A stretch of DNA of 64,000 nucleotides from Myxococcales bacterium. Lineage in GTDB: Bacteria; Myxococcota_A; Polyangia; Polyangiales; DASUME01. The notes below the pieces were generated by a model. The model was given only the letters and a program-made list of their open reading frames with translations, was not told the DNA's origin and made no database searches. Positions within the stretch are counted from its first letter, which is position 1; each line of letters starts with the position of its first letter. Shown in pieces: positions 1 through 13,679 of the stretch. The stretch is from NCBI GenBank assembly GCA_047601445.1, contig JASGJH010000001.1, positions 2,432,001-2,496,000 of the forward strand. Direction: 5' to 3'. Position numbers and translations under genes: made by a program.

Positions 1-1683
<1,683 letters not shown>

Positions 1684-1717
1684 AGGGGGAGCATGCTACC
1701 ACGGCTCGTTTCGGGGA

Positions 1718-4345
<2,628 letters not shown>

Positions 4346-4460
4346 GCTCAGCTGCCTCGTGTGATTGTCCGTGCGCGCGGCCCGCGCGCCTCTCAGGCTC
4401 GAGGTGGGCGGGCGGCCATCCCGCTCCGGTCCGTGCGCGGGGCCCCGCGCACATCTCTAT

Positions 4461-4488
4461 CGCGCGTACGCGTACGCGTGCGCGCGCG
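4461..4488. repeat. 28-bp perfectly alternating pyrimidine-purine tract containing a 16-bp palindrome (CGCGTACGCGTACGCG, 4463-4478)
   Basis: cgcgcgtacgcgtacgcgtgcgcgcgcg read directly in the gyrA upstream intergenic region. Confidence 0.85.
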
Positions 4489-4642
4489 ACCCCTCGAGTG
4501 AGCGCGCACGGTATCACGTCGGAGCGCCGGAGGCACCTGTGAGCTGCACCGCCAAGGCTGCGTTTTGGCGAGCCCTTTCGGCGATCTGGGGGCCCCTGGA
4601 AGCAGGCCCTCCCAAGGCCCGGACCTGTGATAGGGTGGATTC

Positions 4643-4981
4643 ATGCGTCGGCGCTCCTGGCTCCTGGCCCTGCTCTCGCTCGCTGCCCTCCCGGCAGTGG
4701 GCGGTTGCGGCACCACGCCGACGCTCCCTCTGCCCCCGCCCGTGGCCTCCGTGGGTCAGTCCGTGAATGGGCTGGTGCTGGTCGAGGGCCAGGTTCTCCC
4801 CCGCGCGTTCGTCTCCGTCTTCAACGAGCGGACCGAGGCGGGAGTCATCACCCGTGCCGACATGGAGGGCGCCTTTTCGGCCGAGCTCGAGGGCGAGGTC
4901 GGCGACGTGCTGACCCTCTGGCAGGAGCACGAGGGGGACACCGGCGAGCGCAAGACGTTGGTCGTGCCGGCGCCACGCTGA
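4643..4981 (+). CDS. Small hypothetical lipoprotein (beta-sandwich-like)
   Basis: Signal peptide MRRRSWLLALLSLAALPAVGGC ending in a lipobox-like Cys; GC3-rich codon pattern. Confidence 0.7.
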   Translation: MRRRSWLLALLSLAALPAVGGCGTTPTLPLPPPVASVGQSVNGLVLVEGQVLPRAFVSVFNERTEAGVITRADMEGAFSAELEGEVGDVLTLWQEHEGDTGERKTLVVPAPR

Positions 4982-5164
4982 GGCCGTAGCCACCCACGGC
5001 TGAACGAGGCTCCGAGCATGTCCACGGGACCACCGCCGAAGCCCTGAACAAACGCCCGGGTTTCACGCGGTTTTTTGATTTTTTCCGCGGCTGGTCATAG
5101 AGCTAGCTCGGGGAGCGTCTTCCCCCGCTCGCCAGTTTCGAGCGGGCCTCGAGGACGGGAAGCA

Positions 5165-5929
5165 ATGGACACCGCGATGCGCGATCTCGACCAGCTACGC
5201 GAGCGCGGCGAGCAGACCACCGGACGCAAGGTGGGCCTGTTCGCGCTGGCCGGAGTGCTGTCGGTCACGGCCGTGTTGGCCATGGTCCTCACGCTTCAAG
5301 ACGGGGACGCCAAGGCCGCCCAGCCGAGCCCGGATCTGCTGGCCCAGCTGGCCCTCGCGCCCTCCCCCACGGATCCTGCTGCCCCGTCCAAGTCGGCGGA
5401 GGTTCGACTCGACTCCCTGTCGTTCCCCACCACGCTGCTGGACCGCGACGAGGTTGCCCTCGAGGCAACCGTGCGCGCGGCCGAGGCCGAACACGAACAG
5501 CTCACCGGAGTGGCGCGCCCCGGCCTCGACCTGCCCACGCCGAGCGTGGCCGAGGTGCCCGCGGCGCAACTCGCCGGAGCCGACCGAGCGCGCCTCGCGC
5601 GCGTGGCCAAGCACGATCCGATGGTGGCCGAGACGCAGCCGACGCACACGGCCGAGACGGCGCCAGTGGGACACGAAGGTACGTACACATTGCAGGTCGT
5701 ATCCTACGAGCGCCGCGAGGAAGCCGAAGAGTTCGCCAAGACCCTGCGCACCCGCGGCCACAAGGCCTACGTCATGCAGGCTGAGGTCCCGGAGCGGGGG
5801 CGCTTCTATCGCGTTCGCGTGGGTCCCTTCAGCGCGCGCCAGGAAGCCCGCGACTACCAGGACAAGTTCGAAGCCGACGAGCACATGCGCACCATCCTGG
5901 TGAGCAACAAAGACAAGCACGTCGACTAG
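5165..5929 (+). CDS. Membrane-anchored SPOR-domain (peptidoglycan-binding) protein
   Basis: N-terminal TM (VGLFALAGVLSVTAVLAMVL); C-terminal YTLQVVSY...EA..L...G......YRVRVGPF SPOR pattern. Confidence 0.85.
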   Translation: MDTAMRDLDQLRERGEQTTGRKVGLFALAGVLSVTAVLAMVLTLQDGDAKAAQPSPDLLAQLALAPSPTDPAAPSKSAEVRLDSLSFPTTLLDRDEVALEATVRAAEAEHEQLTGVARPGLDLPTPSVAEVPAAQLAGADRARLARVAKHDPMVAETQPTHTAETAPVGHEGTYTLQVVSYERREEAEEFAKTLRTRGHKAYVMQAEVPERGRFYRVRVGPFSARQEARDYQDKFEADEHMRTILVSNKDKHVD

Positions 5930-5972
5930 AGCGCCACCGCGCGACGCCAAAAACGCTGGTAGGATCGTCTGC

Positions 5973-7010
5973 ATGGACGAACAGACCTTCCACGCCCTGC
6001 TGGCCAAGGGCGCCCAGCACAAGGCGAGCGACGTTCTGCTCAAGGTCGGACAACCCCCTGCATTCCGGGTCGGCGGCGATCTGCACTACATGAATGCAGA
6101 TAAGCTCAAGGCCGCCCAGACCCAGCGGCTCGCGGAGATCGTGCTCTCGCAAACGCGCTTCTCCGGCTCGCTGCTGGACCTCCGCGAATACGACTGCTCG
6201 TACGCGGTGCAGGGCGTGGGTCGCTATCGCGTGAACATCTTCCGCCAGCGCCAGTCGCTGGCCCTCGCCATGCGGGCCATCCCACACACCATCCCGACCT
6301 TCGATCAGCTCGGGACACCCGCAGCGGTGCGCAACTTCGCGGAGCTCGAGCGCGGCCTGGTGCTGGTGGTCGGCGCCGCGGGCAACGGCAAGTCCTCCAC
6401 GCTGGCGGCGGTGATTGGCGAGATGAATCGCACGCGTCGCCTGCACATCGTGACCATCGAAGATCCCATCGAATTCATCCACACCGACGCGCTGTCCTCC
6501 GTCTCACAGCGCGAAGTGGGCCTCGACACCGAGTCCTTCGCCAGCGCTCTGCGCTCTGCGCTGCGCCAGGATCCCGACGTCATCCTGATGGGCGAGATCC
6601 GCGACGAGGAGACGATGGACACCGCGCTGAAGGCGGCCGAGACCGGCCACCTGGTACTCTCCAGCCTGCACACCCCGGACGTGGCGCGCACCGTGGGACG
6701 CGTGATCTCCCTTTGCGGCAGCCAGGATCCCCAAGAGATCCGCGATCGCTTCGGGGACGCCCTCAAGGGCATCGTGGCTCAACGCCTGTTGCCGCGGGTG
6801 GACGGCGGCATGTGCGCCGCCACCGAGGTACTCGTCAACACCCCCACGGCCCGCGAGTCCATCAAGAAGCCCGACGGCAATCTCCCGCTCAAGGACGTGA
6901 TGGAACGCGGCACGCATCCGTACGGGATGCAGACCTTCGAGATGCACGTGAAGGAGCTGGTGCGGGCCGGAATCATCAGCGTCGAAACCGCACGCGCGAC
7001 ACTGGGCTAG
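5973..7010 (+). CDS. PilT/PilU-family type IV pilus retraction ATPase
   Basis: ASDVLLKVG, Walker A GAAGNGKSS, TIEDPIE, ALRQDPDVILMGEIRD, AETGHLVLSSLHT, GMQTF. Confidence 0.93.
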   Translation: MDEQTFHALLAKGAQHKASDVLLKVGQPPAFRVGGDLHYMNADKLKAAQTQRLAEIVLSQTRFSGSLLDLREYDCSYAVQGVGRYRVNIFRQRQSLALAMRAIPHTIPTFDQLGTPAAVRNFAELERGLVLVVGAAGNGKSSTLAAVIGEMNRTRRLHIVTIEDPIEFIHTDALSSVSQREVGLDTESFASALRSALRQDPDVILMGEIRDEETMDTALKAAETGHLVLSSLHTPDVARTVGRVISLCGSQDPQEIRDRFGDALKGIVAQRLLPRVDGGMCAATEVLVNTPTARESIKKPDGNLPLKDVMERGTHPYGMQTFEMHVKELVRAGIISVETARATLG

Positions 7011-7034
7011 AAGCGCTCGAGTCGGCTCGCGTGC

Positions 7035-8282
7035 TCAGCGGCTGGCGACCTGCGCGGTGACCTTCTTGGGCGCCTCGAGCAGGTAGTAGCGCAGCGCCTC
7101 GCGGGCCAAGTAGGGGGCCTTGATGCGCCACTTGGGCGAGTTGACGATCAGCGCTGCCACGGCGATCTTCGGATCCTTGGCGGGCGCGAAGCCGACGAAC
7201 CAGGTGTAGCCGCGATAGGGCCGCTCCTTGCTCAGTGTGCCCGTCTTCCCTGCCACCTCCACGCCCGGCAAGAACGGATTGCCCTTGGCGTCGAAGAAGG
7301 TCTTGCGCGCGGTGCCCTGCGCCACGGTGGTGCGCATCATGCGCGCCATCAAGTCGGCCGTGCGGCGCTCCAATACGCTGCGATGCAGCTCCGGCTCCGC
7401 CCGCGAAACCAGCTTGCCGCTGGGATCCACGATGCGATCGACGATCTGCGGGCGCATCATGCGACCGTGATTCGCTACCGTCGCCGCGATCAGCGCGGCG
7501 TGCAGGGGCGACATGTGCATGTGCCAGAACCCGGCAGCCGTGCGGGCGAACTCCACGGGCTCGCTGGGCACGTCGGCCACGCCGGACTCCACCTTGGCGT
7601 CGAAGGGCAGGCTCTCACCGAAGCCGAAGGCGCCCGCGTAGCGCGAGAGCTTGGTGCTATCGAGGTGCTTGAGCGCAAGCTTGCCGAAGACGGCATTGAC
7701 CGAGAACCCGAGTGCGCCCGACAGCGAGATGCACGCCGTGTCGAGCTTGGGGTTGTCGGTGAGCTCAGCCAGGCCGAGCGCACTGGCTCCTCCGTGGTAA
7801 CAGACGTTGCTCTCCGGGGTGAGCCCCTGGTCGAGCAACGCGGAGCCCGTGATCAACTTGAACACCGAGGCCGCCGGGGGGGACGGGTCGAGTACGTGAT
7901 CGCGTGCGTCGCTCGGATCCTCGCTATGGCTGACATAGGACAGCACGCGCCCGGTGCTGGGCTCGATGGCGATAAAGCCGGCCTGCGGCACCTGGTAGCG
8001 CTCGAGCAGTCCCGAAACGAAGCCATCGAACGCCGGGTCCACGGTAAGGGTCGCCTGGTAGTCCTGCGCCAGCGGGCTCGTGTAATGCCCCGCTTCGAGC
8101 TGGCGTTCCCGCGGATTGAACCCCTTGAGCAGGGCGTCGCGGGTGGGCTGCTTGGGACGCACCGGAGCCGGCCGGCGTTCCTCCGCGGGGGCAGCGCCGG
8201 CCGAGCGAATCCCCACCGCCAACCCGAAGGAGGACAGCGCCAAAACCAGGCCGACGAGCGTGCGACGAGACGAGAGCCCCAT
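7035..8282 (-). CDS. Penicillin-binding protein transpeptidase-domain protein
   Basis: Signal/TM N-terminus; SxxK (ASVFK), SxN (SVN), KTG (GKTGT), WFVGFAP. Confidence 0.88.
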   Translation of the reverse strand: MGLSSRRTLVGLVLALSSFGLAVGIRSAGAAPAEERRPAPVRPKQPTRDALLKGFNPRERQLEAGHYTSPLAQDYQATLTVDPAFDGFVSGLLERYQVPQAGFIAIEPSTGRVLSYVSHSEDPSDARDHVLDPSPPAASVFKLITGSALLDQGLTPESNVCYHGGASALGLAELTDNPKLDTACISLSGALGFSVNAVFGKLALKHLDSTKLSRYAGAFGFGESLPFDAKVESGVADVPSEPVEFARTAAGFWHMHMSPLHAALIAATVANHGRMMRPQIVDRIVDPSGKLVSRAEPELHRSVLERRTADLMARMMRTTVAQGTARKTFFDAKGNPFLPGVEVAGKTGTLSKERPYRGYTWFVGFAPAKDPKIAVAALIVNSPKWRIKAPYLAREALRYYLLEAPKKVTAQVASR

Positions 8283-8417
8283 GGATCTTCTACGCTAGCT
8301 GCCCGCCCATCGAACCGTCAAAAACGGTGCGAGGTCGAGGCGCGTGCTAGTTTTGCGGGACGCAAGACCGCATCGTCGAAGCGCGCCCTCGGGCGCGCGA
8401 GCGAAGAGGGAGGACCC

Positions 8418-9812
8418 GTGACCGCGGACCGCATCCGGATTGATTACGCCCTGGCCATGAGCGAAGGAGTGGGCGCCGGAGGCGCGCCGAGCGCCGAGGT
8501 CCTGGCCGCGGAGCAGGATGCGTTCGCTGCCGCCCTAAAGCGGGTCATGGCAGCGGTCGACGGGGGCGTGCTCGGCTTCTGGAAATTGCCGGACGACCTG
8601 GCCCAAGCCGATGACAGCGAGCGGCTGGCGCAGAAGCTCGGCCAAGACATCGACGACGTGCTGGTGCTGGGCATCGGCGGTTCGTCGCTGGGCGCGCGCG
8701 CTGCGTTGACCGCGCTCTCGCCGGCCCTCGCGAGCGTGGGACTGGGCAGCGGACCGCGCGTTCACCTCCCCGATAACAGCGACCCCTGGCTGTTCAAGGC
8801 GCTGCTCGAGAAGCTCACCCCGAAGCGCACGCTGGTGCTCGTGGTCTCCAAGTCCGGTGGCACCGTAGAGACCGCGGCGCAGATGCTGTGCGCAGAGCAG
8901 TGGCTCGAGCAAAGCCTCGGCAAGTCCGCATTGCCTCGACACATTGTCGCCATCACCGATCCCGAGAAGGGCACCTTGCGGGCCCACGCGCGCGAGCTCG
9001 GACTCCCCACGCTCGCCATCCCGAGCAACGTCGGTGGCCGCTTTTCCGTGCTGACGCCTGCGGGCCTGTTGCCCCTGTACCTGTCGGGCATCGACGCCCG
9101 AGGCCTCCTGCGTGGCGCCAAGGCGATGGCCATCCGCTGCGAGAACCCCAAGTTGCTGGAGAATCCGGCTGGCATCATCGCGAGCCTGCACACGCTGCAC
9201 ATGCGGCTCTATCAGCGCAACATCCACGTGCTGATGGCCTACGCCGACGCGCTGCGCCCCACGGCCGCCTGGTTCGTGCAGCTCTGGGCCGAGAGCCTGG
9301 GAAAGCGCATCGATCGCAAGGGCCGCGTGGTGGAGCTCGGCCCGACCCCGCTGCCAGCCGTGGGCGCCACCGATCAGCACGCTCAGGTGCAGCTCTTCAT
9401 CGAGGGACCGCGCGACAAGCTGGTCACCTTCATCGCCGTCGATCGCCCCGCGACGGACCTCACCATCCCGAGCGTGCCTGGCGACAACGCCTACCTTGGC
9501 GGACATAGCCTCGCCGAACTGCTCGACGCCGAGCGGCGTGGAACGGCATTGGCCCTCGCCCGCAACGGCAGACCAAGTCTCTCCGTCCATCTGCCACGCC
9601 TCGACGCCGAACAGCTCGGTGGATTGTTCTTCCTGTTCGAGGCCGCCACGGCGTTCGCCGGCGAATTGCTCGACATCGACGCCTTCGATCAGCCCGGCGT
9701 CGAAGAGGGCAAGCGTCTCGCCTTCGGTCTGTTGGGTCGCCCAGGTTACGAAGCGCAGCGGGAAGCGGTGCTCGAGAGCGAGAAACAGCGGCCGGCCAGA
9801 TATCAAGTATGA
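8418..9812 (+). CDS. pgi: Glucose-6-phosphate isomerase
   Basis: GIGGSSLG, SKSGGTVET, VGGRFSVL, QLWAESLGK, DQHAQVQL, FDQPGVEEGK; GTG start after a GGAGG RBS. Confidence 0.95.
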   Translation: MTADRIRIDYALAMSEGVGAGGAPSAEVLAAEQDAFAAALKRVMAAVDGGVLGFWKLPDDLAQADDSERLAQKLGQDIDDVLVLGIGGSSLGARAALTALSPALASVGLGSGPRVHLPDNSDPWLFKALLEKLTPKRTLVLVVSKSGGTVETAAQMLCAEQWLEQSLGKSALPRHIVAITDPEKGTLRAHARELGLPTLAIPSNVGGRFSVLTPAGLLPLYLSGIDARGLLRGAKAMAIRCENPKLLENPAGIIASLHTLHMRLYQRNIHVLMAYADALRPTAAWFVQLWAESLGKRIDRKGRVVELGPTPLPAVGATDQHAQVQLFIEGPRDKLVTFIAVDRPATDLTIPSVPGDNAYLGGHSLAELLDAERRGTALALARNGRPSLSVHLPRLDAEQLGGLFFLFEAATAFAGELLDIDAFDQPGVEEGKRLAFGLLGRPGYEAQREAVLESEKQRPARYQV

Positions 9813-9898
9813 TTCTTTACTAAAATTTACGTACTCGTGAGGGGCGGAAACTTCACTCGAACTTTCGGGACCTCCCGCGACCGGGATACACTTGGGGC

Positions 9899-10798
9899 GT
9901 GTCGAAGGACTCAGGTCGCCTGTCGCCCGAAAACACGGTCGTCACCATCGTCGCGCCCGATCCCCAACGTCAACAGGGGGGGAAGGAAGCCTGCCTGGTG
10001 GTGATCATCGGGGACGAAATAGGGAAGCGCGTGCGCTTGGAAGAAGCGGACGTGTTGATCGGCCGCGCCTCCACGACCGACATCCAGCTCGACATGGATA
10101 ACGTCTCGCGTAACCACGCACTCGTTACGCGCACCGCGCTGGGCTGGGTGCTGCGAGACCTGGGCTCCACCAACGGCACCTTCGTGAACGACGCCCGTGT
10201 GGACGAGCGCGCGCTGAAGGACGGCGACCAGATCCGCATCGGGCGCGCCATGCTCAAGTTCCTGCGCGGCGGCAACGTCGAGGCCCAGTACCACGAAGAG
10301 ATCTACCGGTTGATGACCATCGACGGTCTCACCCAGGTCCACAACAAACGCCACTTCCAGGAGTCGCTGGAGCGCGAGTTCGCCCGCAGCAAGCGCTACG
10401 GCAATCCGTTCGCCCTGGTGCTGTTCGACATCGACCACTTCAAGAAGATCAACGACACCTACGGCCACTTGGCCGGTGACGAAGTGCTGCGTGGCATGGG
10501 CGCCCTGCTCAAGAAGCGCGTGCGCACCAACGACATCGTGGCGCGCGTCGGCGGCGAGGAGTTCGCCGTGATCTTGCCCGAGGCAGGCAAGCCAGGCGGA
10601 GTCGCGTTGGCCGAAAAGATTCGGCGTTTGGTGGAGACCGAGCCGTTCGTCTACAACGGCGTCACGATTCCGGTCACCGTCAGCCTGGGCGTCTCCGGCT
10701 ACGAGCCCCACCTCGAGAATAGCGAGGCCATGGTGAGCGAGGCCGACGAGAAGCTCTACGAAGCCAAGCGCGGTGGTCGCAACCGCGTCTGCTCCTGA
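9899..10798 (+). CDS. FHA-domain diguanylate cyclase
   Basis: FHA motifs GR...VSRNHA...DLGSTNGT; GGDEF domain DGLT, DIDHFKKINDTYGH, ARVGGEEF. Confidence 0.95.
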   Translation: MSKDSGRLSPENTVVTIVAPDPQRQQGGKEACLVVIIGDEIGKRVRLEEADVLIGRASTTDIQLDMDNVSRNHALVTRTALGWVLRDLGSTNGTFVNDARVDERALKDGDQIRIGRAMLKFLRGGNVEAQYHEEIYRLMTIDGLTQVHNKRHFQESLEREFARSKRYGNPFALVLFDIDHFKKINDTYGHLAGDEVLRGMGALLKKRVRTNDIVARVGGEEFAVILPEAGKPGGVALAEKIRRLVETEPFVYNGVTIPVTVSLGVSGYEPHLENSEAMVSEADEKLYEAKRGGRNRVCS

Positions 10799-10861
10799 GC
10801 GCTCGGCATCGCGTCGCATCGTCGGTGAACCTCGAGAAGCCTCGAGGCCGACGTGTCAGGT

Positions 10862-12367
10862 TCAGCCGAACAACACCGAGCGCCTTGAGTTCTTGCCCTG
10901 GGTAAGCAGGCCCTGGAGGATGCCGCGGATCTGCTCGTTCAAGCGATGCACGAGGAGCACGTCTTCGGCAGCCTCGGGCCCGTAACCGTCGAGCTCGATA
11001 GGATCGCCGATGAGGATGCGCCACTTGATGGGTGCCGGTAGCAAGCCCATCGGACCCAGCCACGGGAACGTGGGGGTAATCGGAAAGTGCTCCGAGCCCA
11101 ACAGGCGCGCCAGCACGCGCGAGTTCGCCAGCACCGGATTGGTCTCCTCGGCCCCAATGATGGCGGTGGGGATGATGGGCGCGCCGAGCTTGAGCGCCAG
11201 CTTCACGTAGCCGCCGCGGCCGAAGCGCTGCAGCTGGTAGCGATCGCGGAACAACTTGCGCGAGCCCTGGGCTCCCTCGGGGAAGGCCACCACGAGCTTG
11301 TCCTGAGCCAGCAGTCGCTCGGCGTTTTCCTGGCAGGCACGCACCGCGCCGAGGCGGTTCATGAACACGCCTAGGAACGGATAGTGGAAGACCGAGTCCT
11401 CGGAAAGCCAGCGCAGCGGGGGCAGCTCCGATCGTTCCATGCGCAGGGCCGTGCGCAGGACCAGGCCGTCCCAAGGCAGCGCGCCCGAGCGATTGGCGAC
11501 CATCAGCGCCTTCCCCTGGGTGGGCAAGTGCTGTGCTCCCTCCACCGTGACGCGGAAGTAGTGCTTGCAGAGCGTCTCCAGCACGGGGCGCGCGCTCTCT
11601 TCGACGTGCGGATCGAGGCCGAACTCGTCGACGTCGGCGCTCAAACTGCGCATGCCATGGGCGCCGTACTGGCGGAAGTAGTAGTCCGTGGAGAGCAGGG
11701 ACTTGGCACTGCCGATGGCAGCGGCGTCACCCCTGGGTTCCGATGCGCTCGAACCGCGGGCCAGGCGCGTGGCCGGGCGCATGCCCGTACGATGCTCGCG
11801 TTCGAGGTCGGTGGTGTCGCTCGCCGCGGCGCGGCTGCCATCCACCACGTCGGGCATGGGTGCGCTGTCGCGCCAGATGTCGTCGTCCTCTTCGTGCTGA
11901 GGCTTCAGCGGGGTGACGCTGGGCCGGCTGAGCTCGGGCTGCGCCTCGAACACGCCGCGCGGGGCGACGCTCGAGGGACGCTTCGACGGACGGGCAACGA
12001 CCTCTGCCGCGTGCTGCGCGGGGACAACGATGCTCGCCGGAGGTGCGGGGACCTCCGAGACAGGCTGCGCGGGAGCGGCACTGGCAGCTGCTTCTTCGGT
12101 GAGATCAGCGGGAGGGCGCTCGCTCCCCTCACGCCGTTTACCCGTGCTCGGGCGACGGGCCGAGACGCGCGCGCGCGAAGCCGATCCCGCGTTGCCAGCC
12201 AGATCGCCGGCGGGAGGCGGTGGCACCGATGATGGCTCTGCGGACACCACAGGGGCCCCGGTCAGTGGCTCGGGGGTCGCGGCGACGGGCGTCGCCTGGG
12301 GTGGCGGCACACTAGGGCGCTGCGAGGGGCGCGCGGACGGGCGCTTGGGGCGATCGGGCGGATTCAT
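10862..12367 (-). CDS. PlsC-like acyltransferase-family protein with a long disordered Pro-rich N-terminus
   Basis: DEFGLDP, ANRSG..PWDG, FPEG, RFGRGG, PIIP..IIGAEE; 4-nt overlap with the upstream epimerase stop. Confidence 0.85.
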   Translation of the reverse strand: MNPPDRPKRPSARPSQRPSVPPPQATPVAATPEPLTGAPVVSAEPSSVPPPPAGDLAGNAGSASRARVSARRPSTGKRREGSERPPADLTEEAAASAAPAQPVSEVPAPPASIVVPAQHAAEVVARPSKRPSSVAPRGVFEAQPELSRPSVTPLKPQHEEDDDIWRDSAPMPDVVDGSRAAASDTTDLEREHRTGMRPATRLARGSSASEPRGDAAAIGSAKSLLSTDYYFRQYGAHGMRSLSADVDEFGLDPHVEESARPVLETLCKHYFRVTVEGAQHLPTQGKALMVANRSGALPWDGLVLRTALRMERSELPPLRWLSEDSVFHYPFLGVFMNRLGAVRACQENAERLLAQDKLVVAFPEGAQGSRKLFRDRYQLQRFGRGGYVKLALKLGAPIIPTAIIGAEETNPVLANSRVLARLLGSEHFPITPTFPWLGPMGLLPAPIKWRILIGDPIELDGYGPEAAEDVLLVHRLNEQIRGILQGLLTQGKNSRRSVLFG

Positions 12368-13419
12368 GCGTAGGCCTCGGTAAGTAGACGGGCCTCCCGT
12401 AGGCGCAAGGTGGCCCCGAACTCGAGGACCGCTTCGCGGGTGGTGTAGCCGGGGGAGAAACCGAGTTCCGAACGCGCCTTTTCGCCATCTGCCACGCAGA
12501 GATGCCGCAAAAACTGCAGCATGGGCGCGGGCACGTCGGAGAGTCCCGAGAACCACAGGAGCGCGCCGATGCGCTCGGCGACGAAGTGGGGGAGTGGCAA
12601 ATTGGCCCTTCCCGCAAGCTTGATTACGGTGGACACGGGGAGCACGCCTTCGGCAGCGATGTTGAAAATCCCGGACACATCGCGATCGATGGCGAGCTTG
12701 AGGGCGGCCAAGGCATCGACCTCGTGGACGAACTGCAAGAGCGGGTCGAACCCCAAGAGCGTGGGCACCACGCCGCGGGCCAACCAGCGCGTGATGTAGC
12801 TTTCCACAGTGGGCCCAATCATGGGCGCGAAGCGCAACACGCTGACCCGGGCGTCCTGGTGGTCGCGGGCATAGGCCTGAACCTGGTTCTCCGCGTCAAT
12901 CTTGTCACCCAGGAAGGAGCAGCCCGCGAGCCCCCGCAAGGGGTGAGCTTCGCTGAGGAAGTTGGGGTTGTCGAAGCGGGGGCCGTAGAGTTGGGTCGAC
13001 GACGCCAGTACGAATTTCTGTACCGGTCGCTCGCGGCAAGCGTGCAGCACGTGCAGCGTACCGACGCTCTCGATCTCGTGGGCCCAGGCCGTATTCCGCG
13101 TCGGGCTGGCCAAAAATCCGAGATGGACGAAGGTATCCACCGCCTCGGCGGCCAAAATTTCCGCGATCCGGGCCGAGGCGTTCGGCTGCGTGCGATCTAC
13201 CACGTACGAGCGCGTCTTGGGACCCGCGCTCACCGGTACCTGATCGTCGATCACCACCAGGCGCCGCGCGCGATCGTCCTCCTCCAGCAGGCCGAGCAAG
13301 TTCCGCCCCAAGAAAGTGCGCGCGCCGGTGAGCGCGATAACTCGCTCCCCGGCCCGCTGACCGCCCTGTTTTCGTACGATGCCAGCAGCGTTACCCACTC
13401 CGCCTTGGGTCATTCCCAT
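12364..13419 (-). CDS. NAD-dependent epimerase/dehydratase (extended SDR)
   Basis: LTGARTFLG Rossmann motif, SSTQLYG, LGFDPLLQFVHEVD. Confidence 0.85.
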   Translation of the reverse strand: MGMTQGGVGNAAGIVRKQGGQRAGERVIALTGARTFLGRNLLGLLEEDDRARRLVVIDDQVPVSAGPKTRSYVVDRTQPNASARIAEILAAEAVDTFVHLGFLASPTRNTAWAHEIESVGTLHVLHACRERPVQKFVLASSTQLYGPRFDNPNFLSEAHPLRGLAGCSFLGDKIDAENQVQAYARDHQDARVSVLRFAPMIGPTVESYITRWLARGVVPTLLGFDPLLQFVHEVDALAALKLAIDRDVSGIFNIAAEGVLPVSTVIKLAGRANLPLPHFVAERIGALLWFSGLSDVPAPMLQFLRHLCVADGEKARSELGFSPGYTTREAVLEFGATLRLREARLLTEAYA

Positions 13420-13561
13420 GCACTCCCGTCTCGTCGGTTGCCGACATTAGGCGGCTCACCAGGAGCGGTCAACGCAACCCGCGCCGCGCCGCGTCGAGCC
13501 GGTGAAGGTGCCGAGCGCGGCAAACGTCCGGGGATCTTGCGTGTCGTACATGCACGCAGTC

Positions 13562-13589
13562 TTGACCCCCCAGGGTCCATTGTTATGTT
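13562..13589 (+). promoter_or_regulatory. Putative sigma70 promoter for lon
   Basis: TTGACC-16 nt-TATGTT with an extended -10 TG, about 90 bp upstream of the lon ATG. Confidence 0.5.
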
Positions 13590-13679
13590 GCCCTTTTACC
13601 TGGGGGCGCACAGGCGAATGGCGCTACAGTTAACCAAGTGCCGCTCGCAATCTCCGCGACGGCCTTTGAGCGGGACAAC

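Noticed and set aside
7383..8417. Apparent 345-aa N-terminal extension of Pgi
   Set aside because: It is the shadow of the opposite-strand PBP gene; the real start is GTG 8418 with an RBS.
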